Below, piece by piece: positions 36,910-47,720 of a DNA stretch of 64,000 nucleotides; within the stretch, counting starts at the first letter, position 1, and each line of letters opens with the position of its first letter. Source of the stretch: an uncultured Nitrososphaerota archaeon (GTDB taxonomy: Archaea > Thermoproteota > EX4484-205 > JAAOZO01); contig CAYOYV010000001.1 of assembly GCA_964408285.1 (NCBI GenBank), positions 128,001 through 192,000 on the forward strand, in the 5' to 3' direction. The notes beneath the pieces were generated by a model. It was not told the origin of the DNA. It saw only the letters and a program-made list of their open reading frames with translations, and made no database searches. Both the position numbers and the translations under genes were made by a program.

Positions 36910-37925
36910 TCGCTGCGTATCCTGACAGTCCTTCGCTTTCTAGCTGATTCATATGCACTGAGGGCAACCGCTAGCGACAGGGATCCCTCCTTTCCTCCGG
37001 GGTAATTTGCATTCTTCCCCGTGATTGCGTCAACGAAGCACCTCATCTCATTCTGGTATGGGCTTCCCCAGTGAGCATCGACCTCATTCCAACCCTTGGG
37101 ATATTTGCCCCTTTTCTCCTTGACATAGAGGAAGACAGTATCTCTGCCATAGTCCACGAGCATCGATCCATCAGTTCCATAGATCTCGATGCCGCCTATG
37201 TATGACTGGGATGTCCAGCTCACGTCTATGGTTCCGATTATTCCTTCATCTGTTCTGAAGAGCAGAGTTGCGTTGTCCTCAACTTCTATAGGCTTTATCA
37301 ACGTGCCAACATAGGCATGTAGATGTTCGATCTTTCCGAAGAGGCTCATCACCAGGTCCAAGGCGTGGATTCCCATATCTAGCAAAGCACCTCCTGCCGC
37401 CTTCTTCTTGTCAAAGAACCAGTCTGAGACAGCGGGCCAAGAAACGTATGGCCCTTCGTGCGCAAACCTGACCCTTGTACTGAAGATTCGACCGAGGATG
37501 CTCTGGCCAATGACCTCCTCGATCAATGTGTAGAATCCGGTGTATCTGTGTGTGAATCCGACCATCAGCACCTTCCTCTGCTTTCGTGCGAAATTCTGCA
37601 TTCTTCTGGCATCCACCATGTTGGTTGCCATTGGCTTCTCACACAGAACATGCTTCCCAGCCTTCAGCGCGTCAATTGCCATTCTCGCGTGCAGGTAATT
37701 CGGGGTGCAAATCACGACTGCATCGACGTCTCTCAAGCGGATCGCATCGTTGTAGTCAGAAAAGAATAGGCATGATCCCATACTCGAGGCTGCATGTCTT
37801 GCCCTCTCCAGATCAATGTCCGCAACGGCCTTGAGCTCAAGCTCTGGCATTTTCATTATGCTGGGAAGATGAGCATTAGTGGCTATCGCGCCCGCTCCAA
37901 TGACAACTACACCGAACTTAGCCAT
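36906..37925 (-). CDS. Gfo/Idh/MocA oxidoreductase
   Basis: IGAGAIA, CEKPMA and GGALLDMGIH motifs. Confidence 0.9.
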   Translation of the reverse strand: MAKFGVVVIGAGAIATNAHLPSIMKMPELELKAVADIDLERARHAASSMGSCLFFSDYNDAIRLRDVDAVVICTPNYLHARMAIDALKAGKHVLCEKPMATNMVDARRMQNFARKQRKVLMVGFTHRYTGFYTLIEEVIGQSILGRIFSTRVRFAHEGPYVSWPAVSDWFFDKKKAAGGALLDMGIHALDLVMSLFGKIEHLHAYVGTLIKPIEVEDNATLLFRTDEGIIGTIDVSWTSQSYIGGIEIYGTDGSMLVDYGRDTVFLYVKEKRGKYPKGWNEVDAHWGSPYQNEMRCFVDAITGKNANYPGGKEGSLSLAVALSAYESARKRRTVRIRSD

Positions 37926-37978
37926 GTGCGGTCGAAGGCTGAAAACGATTTAAAACTTCAATCCAATGGACGAATCCA

Positions 37979-39328
37979 ATGCAGAGAGATCTTATAGTCA
38001 CCTCATCGGGACTAAGGATTAGGGATTCCATCGAGTCCACGAGGGAATTGTTCCATGGCCTGGGAGTGGCCCTTGCTCGAAAATGCGGCGGGGAATTCAT
38101 TGTAGGCACGGATCCACGACCTTCGTCCCTTGGTGCACTTGGGGGATTCATATCTGGAATTGAGGAAGGAGGAGGGATATGCGGTTTCTTGGGAATCTGT
38201 CCCGTGTCGGCTGTGTCATATCTCGTATCTCGGAAACCAAGACTACATGGGGCGATGGTGACTGCTTCGCACAACCCTCCTGAATGGACCGGACTGAAGG
38301 TCTTCAGTGGAGACGGTATCATATGGGAAGAGCGCGCTCTGGAAGACCTAATTCGAGAGGCGACAGCATATCCGGCAACGCCCAATTGGAGAGTTCCAAG
38401 CCCTGACGAAGCCAGCCTGAAGGAATATGTGCATTGCGCAGCAGGAGAGCTGATAGCTCTTGGGGTTTCCGGGGATGGTCTTAGGATTGTTGTGGATACG
38501 GGCAATGGCTCTCTCTCCGGGATCTCCAGAACCTTCCTCGAATCGCTCGGAGCCGAGGTCAAGGAGATAAACGCAGAGACTGATGGGCTTTTCAGAAGAC
38601 CAATCGAACCGCTTCCGGAGAATCTTAGTATGCTCAGACGTGAGGTCCTAAGTGAGAAAGCGGACTTCGGCATTGCTCATGATGCGGATGGAAACAGGGC
38701 CGCCCTAGTAGACGAAAGAGGCAATGTGCTAAGGGAGGACATGACTCTCGCGGCCAGCCTACTTGTGCTGCTGGAGAAGGTGAAGTCTCCCTTGGTAGTG
38801 AATTTTGCGTCATCGTCCCTGTTCGAGAGTCTTGCATTGAAGAAAGAGGCTCATATCTTCTTCTCCGAAGTTGGAGAGAGAAATGTCTTGCTCAAGATGA
38901 GAGAAGTCGGTTCGATTGTAGGAGGCGAAGGCAGTTGCGGCGGAGTAGTCTACACCAAGGTTTCACATACCAGGGATGGTCTTCTGGCGTCTGGGCTGGT
39001 GGCTCACCTTGTCAAAGAAGAGGGTTTCCTCTCGAAGGCTTTGTCAGACTATCTGGATTTCTTCGTCTCGAAGATGGCTTTTGAATACGATCCAAGCGCC
39101 CTTCCATTCGCAGAATTGGTTAGATCGCTTAAGGACCAGATGCCCGGCATAAGGTATGTAGAAATGGGAGACGTGAAATTCATTGAGGAAAGCGGCTGGG
39201 TATTGATTAGGGCTTCCAGAACCCAACCGGTGCTGAGAATTGTTGCAGAGGCACGTGACCAGAGGATAGCTGATCGCCTTCTGCTCCGCTACGCTTCTCT
39301 GATAAGAAAACAGCTGAAGGCAGACTAG
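37979..39328 (+). CDS. Phosphohexomutase (GlmM/PMM-PGM family)
   Basis: TASHNP, DADGNR (variant of DxDxDR), GGEGS and RAS.T.P..R motifs. Confidence 0.88.
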   Translation: MQRDLIVTSSGLRIRDSIESTRELFHGLGVALARKCGGEFIVGTDPRPSSLGALGGFISGIEEGGGICGFLGICPVSAVSYLVSRKPRLHGAMVTASHNPPEWTGLKVFSGDGIIWEERALEDLIREATAYPATPNWRVPSPDEASLKEYVHCAAGELIALGVSGDGLRIVVDTGNGSLSGISRTFLESLGAEVKEINAETDGLFRRPIEPLPENLSMLRREVLSEKADFGIAHDADGNRAALVDERGNVLREDMTLAASLLVLLEKVKSPLVVNFASSSLFESLALKKEAHIFFSEVGERNVLLKMREVGSIVGGEGSCGGVVYTKVSHTRDGLLASGLVAHLVKEEGFLSKALSDYLDFFVSKMAFEYDPSALPFAELVRSLKDQMPGIRYVEMGDVKFIEESGWVLIRASRTQPVLRIVAEARDQRIADRLLLRYASLIRKQLKAD

Positions 39329-39771
39329 ATGCCCATGGTCTCGGACATGGCCTTGAGAAGCTCGATCCTTCGTCTAGCCAGAGCCCTTCGAGATGCCTCG
39401 AGGTCCTCTATTCGCTGCTCAGTCAAGGTGAGTTCATCAAGAAGAGCTCTTTTCCTCGGCTTCCAGGATCTTCTTGGTCTCCCAATCCTTTTCTCTTTCA
39501 CCTCTCCCCTTATCCCACTAGGGTCTATGTCAAGAACGACTCTGACGCCCTTCGCCAGAGAGTAATACTTGCGCCTCGATCGACGGTCCTTCCATGACTC
39601 CAGAAATCCAGAATCTTCAAGTAGCTTGAGATGCCGAATCACTGCTTGGGGATTTGCATCTAGCTCTTTGACTAGATCCAAGAGATAGCTGGGCCCGTCA
39701 CAAACCCGTTCTATTATCCTCATCCTTGTCTGATTGGCAAGAACACCAAGCATCTCACCAATCTGAGCCAT
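39325..39771 (-). CDS. ArsR-family HTH regulator with coiled-coil tail
   Basis: LANQTRMRII...AVIRHLKLLEDSG...RKYY; divergent from cdc48. Confidence 0.85.
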   Translation of the reverse strand: MAQIGEMLGVLANQTRMRIIERVCDGPSYLLDLVKELDANPQAVIRHLKLLEDSGFLESWKDRRSRRKYYSLAKGVRVVLDIDPSGIRGEVKEKRIGRPRRSWKPRKRALLDELTLTEQRIEDLEASRRALARRRIELLKAMSETMGI

Positions 39772-39785
39772 GGGAGATTGCCGGC

Positions 39786-39833
39786 GTGAGAATATTTAAA
39801 TATTACTCACTAATAATGATTCACATCGTGTGA
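39786..39833. promoter_or_regulatory. Palindromic divergent promoter/operator
   Basis: GTGAG-AATATTTAAATATT-A-CTCAC and TCACA-TCG-TGTGA inverted repeats. Confidence 0.5.
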
Positions 39834-40048
39834 CTGAAGATGGATACTCTGTTGGATCAGAATGACACTTGTGACTGGCCGAGGTTGATATCTGAACGAA
39901 TGGGTGGGGCGATTAGCGGGAGCACCGGAGTTCGTTGCGAGGAAGACTTCACGGTCACTACGGAGATGGCGAAAACAAGAAAGTAGAATTTAAAAGTGGG
40001 GAGAGGCTAAGGTGTTCGATATTTCGGAGAGGAGGCGTTGAGAGGGGA

Positions 40049-42310
40049 TTGAGCAGGGAACCACCGGGTTCTGAAAGAGAACAGAAAAAGCAGAATAACA
40101 GCTATCTTCGCGTAGCGGAGGCTCTGTCAACCGACGTCGGAAGAGGAATCGCAAGGGTCGATCCAGAGCTCGTCGAGCAATTGAGTCTTCAGACAGGCGA
40201 TGCAATAGAGATAATGGGGAAGAAAAGAACATTCGCTTTGATCTGGCCGGCCCATCCAAGGGATACGGGCAGGGGCCTCATAAGGATAGACGGATACACC
40301 AGAGAGAATGCAGGTGTCAGCATAGATGATAGGGTCAAGGTCAGAAAGATCACTGCCAAATATTCAGAGACACTCAAGCTTGCGCCAACAGAACCCCTGA
40401 AAATCATGGGAGGAGAAGAGTATGTGAAGAATCAGCTAATAGGGAGAATCGTATCGAAGAGGGATGTACTTCCGGTTAGGATTATGAGCAGACCCATAAA
40501 CCTGATAGTGACTGGATTCACGCCTGCGGCGGACGCGGTTATCATAAATGATTACACGCAAGTCATGATCAGCGAGAGACCTCAGCCTCCGCCAAGAGAC
40601 ATAGAGCGCATCACTTACGAAGATATCGGAGGGCTGGACTATGCGATCCAGAAGATCAGGGAGATGGTGGAGCTGCCTTTGAGGCACCCCGAGCTTTTCG
40701 AGAAGCTGGGCATCGAAGCTCCGAAGGGCGTTCTCCTCCATGGTCCGCCAGGCACAGGCAAGACTCTACTGGCAAAGGCAGTTGCCAACGAGACGAATGC
40801 AAACTTCATGAGTATAAGCGGACCTGAAATAATGAGCAAGTACTACGGAGAAAGCGAGCAGCGCCTAAGGGAGATCTTCAAGGAGGCCCAAGACAACGCT
40901 CCTAGCATTATCTTCATTGATGAGATCGATTCGATCGCTCCAAAGAGAGAAGAAGTGACTGGAGAAGTTGAGAAAAGGGTGGTTGCACAGCTACTTTCCT
41001 TGATGGACGGGCTCAAGTCCAGGGGGAGGGTAGTCGTGATTGGAGCGACGAATAGGGTCAATGCAGTCGATCCTGCCCTTAGGAGACCAGGCAGATTTGA
41101 CAGGGAGATAGAGATAGGTGTTCCCGATAAGGCGGCCAGGCTGGAGATTTTGCAGATCCACTGTAGAGGCATGCCTTTGCTTGAGGACGTAGATCTGAAG
41201 AGCCTGTCCGACGTTACCCATGGATTTGTGGGAGCGGATCTGTCTGCTCTCGCAAAGGAGGCCGCCCTGAGATCGCTGAGAAGGTTGCTTCCTCAGATCG
41301 ATCTGGAGGCAGAGGAAATCCCAATGGAGATCCTGAACAGCATTAAGGTGACAATGCAGGATTTCAAAGATGCCCTCAAGGAAGTCGAGCCGTCAGCGAT
41401 GAGGGAGGTCATGATCGAAACTCCAAACGTTCATTGGGAAGACATAGGAGGCCTTGAGGAAGTGAAGAGAGAGCTCAACATGTCGATAGAATGGCCATTT
41501 AAATACCCTGATCTCTTCTCTCATATGGGGATTAAGCAACCAAAAGGGATTCTGCTCTACGGACCTCCCGGAACGGGAAAGACATTGCTGGCAAAAGCAT
41601 TGGCAGCCGAATCAGAGGCCAACTTCATATCTGTGAAAGGACCCGAACTCATGTCAAAGTGGGTAGGTGAGAGCGAGAAGGGGATTAGGGAGATATTCAG
41701 GAAAGCCAGACAAGCTGCACCCTGCATAATTTTCTTTGACGAAATGGACGCGATAGCCCCAGTCAGAGGGGCTTCGATCGGCGATTCAATGGTAACAGAA
41801 CGGATGATAAGCCAACTATTGACGGAAATGGACGGACTTGAGGAACTAAGGGATGTCGTTGTGGTCGGAGCCACAAACAGACCGGATATGCTGGATCCAG
41901 CCCTGCTTAGGGCTGGCCGTTTCGACAAACTAGTCAAGCTTGCATGGCCCGATGCTGAAGCCAGAGGGCCAATTTTCGAGGTCCACTTCAGGGGAAAGCC
42001 CATAGGGCCAGACATGAACGTATCCGAACTTGTTGATCTCACCGAGGGATTCACCGGTGCAGACATTGCATACGTGATGAACGAGGCTGGATTCTTGGCG
42101 TTAAAGGAGGCAATACACTCAATGAATGGAGGGGAGCAACTCACGGTCACGATCCAGAAAGCTATGATATATATGAGGCATTTGGTGGAGGCAATCAGCA
42201 AAGTGAGAGTACCCTCGAAGGAAGAAAGAGCCGTATATGACCAGGCAATGGAACGATTCTCAAGATCAGGGAAGTCTGAGCTGGGCGCTCTGCAACGTCT
42301 GGTGACCTAG
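40049..42310 (+). CDS. cdc48: CDC48/VAT AAA+ ATPase
   Basis: Two AAA modules ([22 protein letters not shown]). TTG start at 40049 assumed. Confidence 0.95.
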   Translation: MSREPPGSEREQKKQNNSYLRVAEALSTDVGRGIARVDPELVEQLSLQTGDAIEIMGKKRTFALIWPAHPRDTGRGLIRIDGYTRENAGVSIDDRVKVRKITAKYSETLKLAPTEPLKIMGGEEYVKNQLIGRIVSKRDVLPVRIMSRPINLIVTGFTPAADAVIINDYTQVMISERPQPPPRDIERITYEDIGGLDYAIQKIREMVELPLRHPELFEKLGIEAPKGVLLHGPPGTGKTLLAKAVANETNANFMSISGPEIMSKYYGESEQRLREIFKEAQDNAPSIIFIDEIDSIAPKREEVTGEVEKRVVAQLLSLMDGLKSRGRVVVIGATNRVNAVDPALRRPGRFDREIEIGVPDKAARLEILQIHCRGMPLLEDVDLKSLSDVTHGFVGADLSALAKEAALRSLRRLLPQIDLEAEEIPMEILNSIKVTMQDFKDALKEVEPSAMREVMIETPNVHWEDIGGLEEVKRELNMSIEWPFKYPDLFSHMGIKQPKGILLYGPPGTGKTLLAKALAAESEANFISVKGPELMSKWVGESEKGIREIFRKARQAAPCIIFFDEMDAIAPVRGASIGDSMVTERMISQLLTEMDGLEELRDVVVVGATNRPDMLDPALLRAGRFDKLVKLAWPDAEARGPIFEVHFRGKPIGPDMNVSELVDLTEGFTGADIAYVMNEAGFLALKEAIHSMNGGEQLTVTIQKAMIYMRHLVEAISKVRVPSKEERAVYDQAMERFSRSGKSELGALQRLVT

Positions 42311-42409
42311 ACCAGAGAACCCTGGCTTACATCTGCTATTAGGGAGCTCTAAAGAGAAACTGTCAGATGGGAACTAGATAGCGAATCTGCCAGAGGCTTC
42401 TCTTCCAAG

Positions 42410-42688
42410 CTAGACGGAATTCTCCAATTGAGCTATCGGTTCCAGAAGGTTGACATAGAGGATGTTGTTGCCTCTAATTATGACATGACCTAAGTTGCTG
42501 ATTTGCTTGTCTCCGTCATATTCCACAGCATCGGTCAAGATCAGGTTCATCTGCATATCAATTTTGTCTAGGACTCCGGAATAGGAAAGGTCGCTCTTTA
42601 GCTTGACATAGATATGCTTGCCGATTAATTTCTTCAGGACCTGCAGTGGCTTCTTGTTGAGAGCTTCTTTTGTCCTGTCCGCGTCCAA
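42410..42688 (-). CDS. Lsm/SmAP small RNA-binding protein
   Basis: P...L...IG...VKLK...G.L...D..MNL.L...IRGNNI Sm motifs. Confidence 0.9.
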   Translation of the reverse strand: MDADRTKEALNKKPLQVLKKLIGKHIYVKLKSDLSYSGVLDKIDMQMNLILTDAVEYDGDKQISNLGHVIIRGNNILYVNLLEPIAQLENSV

Positions 42689-42810
42689 CTCTGCGTTTTG
42701 CGGGGAATCGTAGCAGTATTAAACGTTTTGCGCGCGGATACCTTCATCTCGGCCCATTTTGGAAAGCATACTCTTTTATACCGATTATCAGGGCCTTCGG
42801 CCGAAAAAGA

Positions 42811-45207
42811 ATGGGTCAGAAAGAAGATGCGCTAGTGCTTTGGTTCAATGACATAGGAATGGAGGACGTCCCGGTCGTTGGGGGGAAATCGGCCAGCCTT
42901 GGTGAAATGATAAGAAGAACGAATGTGCCAGTGCCGTCAGGATTCGCTACGACGGCCAAGGCATACAGGCTCTTCGTGCAAGAAAACAATCTTAGGGAGA
43001 AAATGGAAGCAATACTGTCTGAGCTGAGGGATCCAAACGACACGGCCAAGCTTGCCGAGATTGGAAAAAAGGTCCGTGAGCTTATCGTTCAGTCAAGAAT
43101 GCCTAAGGAATTGGAGGAACAGATTGGTAGGTTCTACAGAAAGTTATCAGAGGCGGCAGGGGGTAAGGACCCATTTGTAGCCGTAAGATCATCGGCGACC
43201 GCCGAGGACCTTCCAGACGCAAGTTTCGCAGGCCAGCAAGATACTTACCTGAATGTTCAGGGCCCAGAACAGGTGGCCATGAGCATCAGGAAATGCTATG
43301 CTAGTCTATTCACCGATAGAGCGATATTCTACAGGATACAGAAGGGCTTTGACCATCTTTCTATCGCTCTTTCTGCGGCAGTCCAATATATGGTGTTCTC
43401 CAGGGCATCAGGCGTTACATTCACCTTGGACGTGTCCAACGGCGACAGAACACTTGTCCTGATAGAAGGAAGCTACGGACTCGGGGAGTACATAGTTCAG
43501 GGAAAGATCACTCCCGACGAATTCTATGTCCGGAAAAGCGATCTGCAAATCGTGAAGAGAAGTATCAATCCAAAGAAAATCATGCTAGTCAGATCTGAAA
43601 GCGGCGGAACCGTTGAGAGGGAAGTCCCGACTGCGATTAGGGACCAGCCTGTTCTCACGGATGATCAAGTGAAGCTCTTGGCCAAATACTCAATAGCCAT
43701 CGAGGATCACTACAGAAAGCCCATGGACATAGAGTGGGCTCTTGACGAAAGGGACGGCAAACTGTACATCGTTCAAGCGAGACCTGAAACGGTCTGGTCG
43801 CTCAAGGCAGAGGAAAAGCCAGTTGAGGGAGCGATCGAAGTCACAACGGCGAAAGAGGTGCTTGTACAAGGGCTTCCAGCATCACCGGGCCTTGCAGTGG
43901 GCAAAGCCCACATCATAGTTGATGTCGAGAAGCTTGAGGAGTTCCAGAAGGGAGAGATATTGGTGACAGAGATGACGGCCCCCGAGTGGGTTCCTGCGAT
44001 GAGAAAGGCAGCGGCGATAGTCACGAACAGTGGTGGCATGACTTCACATGCAGCAATAGTGAGCAGGGAGCTTGGAATACCCTGCATAGTTGGCACTGCG
44101 AGCAGGGGAAAGCCAGCAACAGAGGCGTTGCCTGATGGTGGACTCATAACAGTTGATTCGAAACTTGGCGTCGTCTACAGAGGTGCACTCGAGGAAGCGA
44201 TGGCAAAGAAGGAAGAGAAGAAGGGAGAAGGAGTTCAGGCTGTTGCAGAGTCCTATCCTGTAACCGGCACCAAGGTCTATGTGAATCTCGGTGAGCCCGA
44301 ATTGGCTGAGAAAGTGTCGGCATTGCCAGTCGATGGCGTGGGTCTCATGAGGGAGGAATTCATCTGGGCAGCGGAGATAGGTGAGCATCCCTTGTATCTG
44401 ATCGAGACAGGGCAGGCCCAGAAAGTGATCGATAAGCTCGCGGAAGGGATCAGAAGAGTGTGTGCAGCATTCTATCCGCGCCCCGTTGTGCTAAGGCTGA
44501 CAGACTTCAAATCGAGCGAGTACAGGGACTTGAAGGGAGGCGACAAGTATGAGCCAGTCGAACCGAGCGCACTTCTGGGTTGGAGAGGTGCATCGCGCTA
44601 CTACGATCCAAAGTACGTGGCAGGATTCACGCTGGAGCTGAAAGCCATTAGAAAGGTTAGAGACGAGTTCGCGCTGAGGAACTTGTGGGTGATGATACCT
44701 TTCTGCAGGACCATTGGCGAGATTGAGAAGGTGACGTCCATCATGAAGGAAGAAGGTCTCGAGAGAGGTCCTGACTTCAAGCTGTGGGTGATGGCTGAGA
44801 TACCCAGCAATGTCATAATAGCCGATAAGTTCAACGAGTACATAGATGGTTACTCAATTGGTTCGAACGACCTGACGATGTTGATCCTTGGGGCAGATCG
44901 GGACAACGAAACAATAGCGAAGGTCTTCGATGAAAGGGACCTGGCCGTGAAGAGGGCCATAAGATATCTCATAAAGATAGCACAGAAGGAAGGAAAGACC
45001 GTGTCAATATGTGGCCAAGCTCCCAGTGTCTATCCAGAATTCACAGAATTCCTCGTGAGGGTGGGAATTAATTCAATCTCAATCAATCCAGATGCGGCCG
45101 TGTTTACTAGGAAGCTAGTCGCAAGCACCGAGCAAAGGGTAATGCTAGAAAAGGCACTTGGGATGGTGCAGGTCGATTCGGATTGGGAACTGCCAGATCC
45201 GGAATAG
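42811..45207 (+). CDS. ppsA: Phosphoenolpyruvate synthase
   Basis: GGKSASLGE, VRSSATAED, GGMTSHAAIVSRE and SIGSNDL motifs. Confidence 0.95.
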   Translation: MGQKEDALVLWFNDIGMEDVPVVGGKSASLGEMIRRTNVPVPSGFATTAKAYRLFVQENNLREKMEAILSELRDPNDTAKLAEIGKKVRELIVQSRMPKELEEQIGRFYRKLSEAAGGKDPFVAVRSSATAEDLPDASFAGQQDTYLNVQGPEQVAMSIRKCYASLFTDRAIFYRIQKGFDHLSIALSAAVQYMVFSRASGVTFTLDVSNGDRTLVLIEGSYGLGEYIVQGKITPDEFYVRKSDLQIVKRSINPKKIMLVRSESGGTVEREVPTAIRDQPVLTDDQVKLLAKYSIAIEDHYRKPMDIEWALDERDGKLYIVQARPETVWSLKAEEKPVEGAIEVTTAKEVLVQGLPASPGLAVGKAHIIVDVEKLEEFQKGEILVTEMTAPEWVPAMRKAAAIVTNSGGMTSHAAIVSRELGIPCIVGTASRGKPATEALPDGGLITVDSKLGVVYRGALEEAMAKKEEKKGEGVQAVAESYPVTGTKVYVNLGEPELAEKVSALPVDGVGLMREEFIWAAEIGEHPLYLIETGQAQKVIDKLAEGIRRVCAAFYPRPVVLRLTDFKSSEYRDLKGGDKYEPVEPSALLGWRGASRYYDPKYVAGFTLELKAIRKVRDEFALRNLWVMIPFCRTIGEIEKVTSIMKEEGLERGPDFKLWVMAEIPSNVIIADKFNEYIDGYSIGSNDLTMLILGADRDNETIAKVFDERDLAVKRAIRYLIKIAQKEGKTVSICGQAPSVYPEFTEFLVRVGINSISINPDAAVFTRKLVASTEQRVMLEKALGMVQVDSDWELPDPE

Positions 45208-45374
45208 GCCAAAGGAAAGCTGACAACAAACATATCCCCCCAAATGCGATAGAGCCGTCATCTTACCTTCCCGGATAAGACTTCATGAGTATCAGCATCC
45301 CTAGGCCAACTGGGCAGCATTCCAGATGTCTGCCCCTTCCAGGCATTAGGGCTAGAAAGGACGGGAGTGCGCTC

Positions 45375-45758
45375 TCATAGGTATGTTTTGTCCGTATAGC
45401 AATAGTATCTCTGGTATTGCGGTATCCACGTTCCCGGTTTTCCGCACTTTGGACAGACCGGGGCAGCGGCCGCTTGCTGCGTGACTGGGGTTGGCGTTGT
45501 TGCAGCTGACGTGGCGGTCACGACCTTGACCTCAGGCATCTCAACAGCTTTCGACAGTATGACGATATCTCCCACTGCTCCAACTTCGCTCCATGCAACC
45601 TCTAGGGTTGTGCCTGCGATCGTCTTCACGAGTAGGTTTATTGCACTCTCGCCCGGAATCAACCCGATGTCAGACACCGTGCCGACTTGTTTACCATTGG
45701 GATTGTACACGGGCTTGCCAATGATCTTACTTTGCGCTATGCTCTTCTCTCCTGACAT
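45375..45758 (-). CDS. PRC-barrel protein with C-terminal Zn-ribbon-like domain
   Basis: IIGKPVYNPNGKQVGTVSDI...AVGDIVIL, a Thr/Ala linker, then CPKCG..WIPQYQRYYCYTD. Confidence 0.8.
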   Translation of the reverse strand: MSGEKSIAQSKIIGKPVYNPNGKQVGTVSDIGLIPGESAINLLVKTIAGTTLEVAWSEVGAVGDIVILSKAVEMPEVKVVTATSAATTPTPVTQQAAAAPVCPKCGKPGTWIPQYQRYYCYTDKTYL

Positions 45759-45911
45759 GTTCTGCAGGCCCGTCATATACATTTAAGACTTTTCACGGTT
45801 TCCAAGTGTCATTTAATCCAGAAAATAATAGCTGTCTTGGTTTGATTTCGTGTCAATCGGCATTTTGCAGCCCAGGGATGAGCGATGCGCTATCCCCTCT
45901 GATAGAGCACA

Positions 45912-47129
45912 TCAAGAATTGGTGCGTGATCCGGAAACGGATTCGTCGAGAAGCCTGATGAACGCTTCTTCCGATCCTCTTGGGATAACGCCTGAGGCTG
46001 CATAAGCATGCCCGTCCGCGAATCCTCCAACTTCTTCCGCTGCCATCATCATGATGTTGGATATTTCTTGTCTCTCTCCGCGGTTGATCAAAGCTTCCAG
46101 ACTTGGAGGGACTCTTCCTGACACCTTGGTCCAGGTTCCCTTGAGCATGCCAAGTCCAGGCACGGTTGGCTCTAGCTCCATGAAACCAAGCAGGTACTTC
46201 CATGGATTCACGACCTTGCTGTACTTCAGAATCGAGAGGAATGTGCCTATCACTTTGCTTCCCATCCCTTTGAAGGATGAACCTACCTCAACCCATTGCA
46301 GGTTTCCTGATTTCATCAGTCCCTTTTTCCTAATTGTGCTAAGCATACTATCGAACGCCGCCTTGCGCTGTAATTCCATTTTCTGCGCCAGTTGAACTGT
46401 GGCCTCCGAAAGACCCGTGAGAAGAGAGGAAGTTGCAAGTAAGGGGCCATCTCTGTAATAACCAACGGATCCCAACGCTGTCAGGATCGAGGATGCCTTG
46501 TGTCTGTTTATCCAAGACTCTCCTAGCCTTATCTGGATCGACTTCCCCCTTCCGCTCTTGCTCAGCTTGGCGAGATCGTGCTTGATGGCCTCCTTGAAGA
46601 CTTCGAGGTTGATTCCGACCAGATCGCCCGGTAATTCCGCCGATCCAATTAATGCGATTGCAGAGAATCTCTGTGCAGAAGCCTCTATTTGCCTCGAGAT
46701 GACATAGGCCATTGTCGAGCCGGACGCTTCTGATTCGCCGCTGAGACCATATAGCTCAGGATTGAAGTTCATTATGGAAGTGTCTTCCGTTTCTTCAGAA
46801 TCGTGGTGATCTATGACCAAAACAGGCTTCTTTTTTGGATTCGCCTCAGATATCCTGTTCACGTGGGGACTTCCGAGATCAACATATGAGACCAGATCAT
46901 TTTCCCCTGAGTGTATCTCGCGGAGTACTTCCGGAAACAGCTTCTCGAGGCAGACTAGGCGCGGCTGGCAACCAATCTTTTCGAGTGTTGTGCCTAGTAT
47001 GGCAGCCCCACAGAGTCCGTCAGCATCACCATGATGAACAATGAGAGATCTGGAAGGGCTGAGGTTTCTTATTCTAATCGCGAACTGCTTCGCGCTCTCT
47101 TTCAGCCTGCCAGGAGCCACAGCACGCAA
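45912..47129 (-). CDS. DHH-family phosphoesterase (RecJ-like)
   Basis: HGDADG, DLGS, IDHH and DGH..AASG motifs. Confidence 0.85.
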   Translation of the reverse strand: MRAVAPGRLKESAKQFAIRIRNLSPSRSLIVHHGDADGLCGAAILGTTLEKIGCQPRLVCLEKLFPEVLREIHSGENDLVSYVDLGSPHVNRISEANPKKKPVLVIDHHDSEETEDTSIMNFNPELYGLSGESEASGSTMAYVISRQIEASAQRFSAIALIGSAELPGDLVGINLEVFKEAIKHDLAKLSKSGRGKSIQIRLGESWINRHKASSILTALGSVGYYRDGPLLATSSLLTGLSEATVQLAQKMELQRKAAFDSMLSTIRKKGLMKSGNLQWVEVGSSFKGMGSKVIGTFLSILKYSKVVNPWKYLLGFMELEPTVPGLGMLKGTWTKVSGRVPPSLEALINRGERQEISNIMMMAAEEVGGFADGHAYAASGVIPRGSEEAFIRLLDESVSGSRTNS

Positions 47130-47200
47130 GATAAAATCGTCAGATGTGATCTCGGGTTTTAAGATTTGAGGGCGGAGACAGGAGGCTGATTACGGGCCTA

Positions 47201-47707
47201 TCAGCCCTTCGCAACCATCTCCTGCTCATACTGCTCCCACATTCTGAGTATCAACTGCCAGTCAACCCTTGGGGCATTTCCGACGCCAGGACAATTCCCA
47301 TGATACGACATATAGTAGCCTGCGCCATTTCTTTCAGATCTCACCTTCACGGCATCCGGGATGGGCCCGACAGCTCTTTCTATCACTCCAGACGGAACTG
47401 GGAAGAATGGATACATCTTGCATAGCAGAGGCTTTGAATCATGTATTGAACAGGAACGACCCTCCAGGAAAAGGCATTCGCTCTTTCCGTTTTCCTTTGT
47501 GATGAGCGATGATCGGCTTCCTTCCAGCGTCATTGATTTTGTCATCAAGAAGCCAGTTGGATGTGCGCCGGATGTGTGGGATTCCATCCGTTTGATGTCG
47601 TCATGCGTGAACAGGACCTCATATTGGCAACAGCGGCCGCACCTTCTGCATTCGAATCCTGATCTCTCAGATGCAAGAGACAACTCGGAAGCCGATGTGA
47701 CAGGCAT
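47201..47707 (-). CDS. YkgJ-family Cys-cluster protein
   Basis: CRRCGRCC...CLFL...CSIH..KP..C..YPF. Confidence 0.85.
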   Translation of the reverse strand: MPVTSASELSLASERSGFECRRCGRCCQYEVLFTHDDIKRMESHTSGAHPTGFLMTKSMTLEGSRSSLITKENGKSECLFLEGRSCSIHDSKPLLCKMYPFFPVPSGVIERAVGPIPDAVKVRSERNGAGYYMSYHGNCPGVGNAPRVDWQLILRMWEQYEQEMVAKG

Positions 47708-47720
47708 TCACTGGATGACC

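Noticed and set aside
39840-40048. Small ORF or hsp20 remnant upstream of cdc48
   Set aside because: No alpha-crystallin motif can be supported; the 38 extra N-terminal codons in the track are probably untranslated.
45299-45351. Hairpin GGGCAG/CTGCCC as an ncRNA
   Set aside because: A single hairpin between convergent genes; a terminator or chance fold is sufficient explanation.
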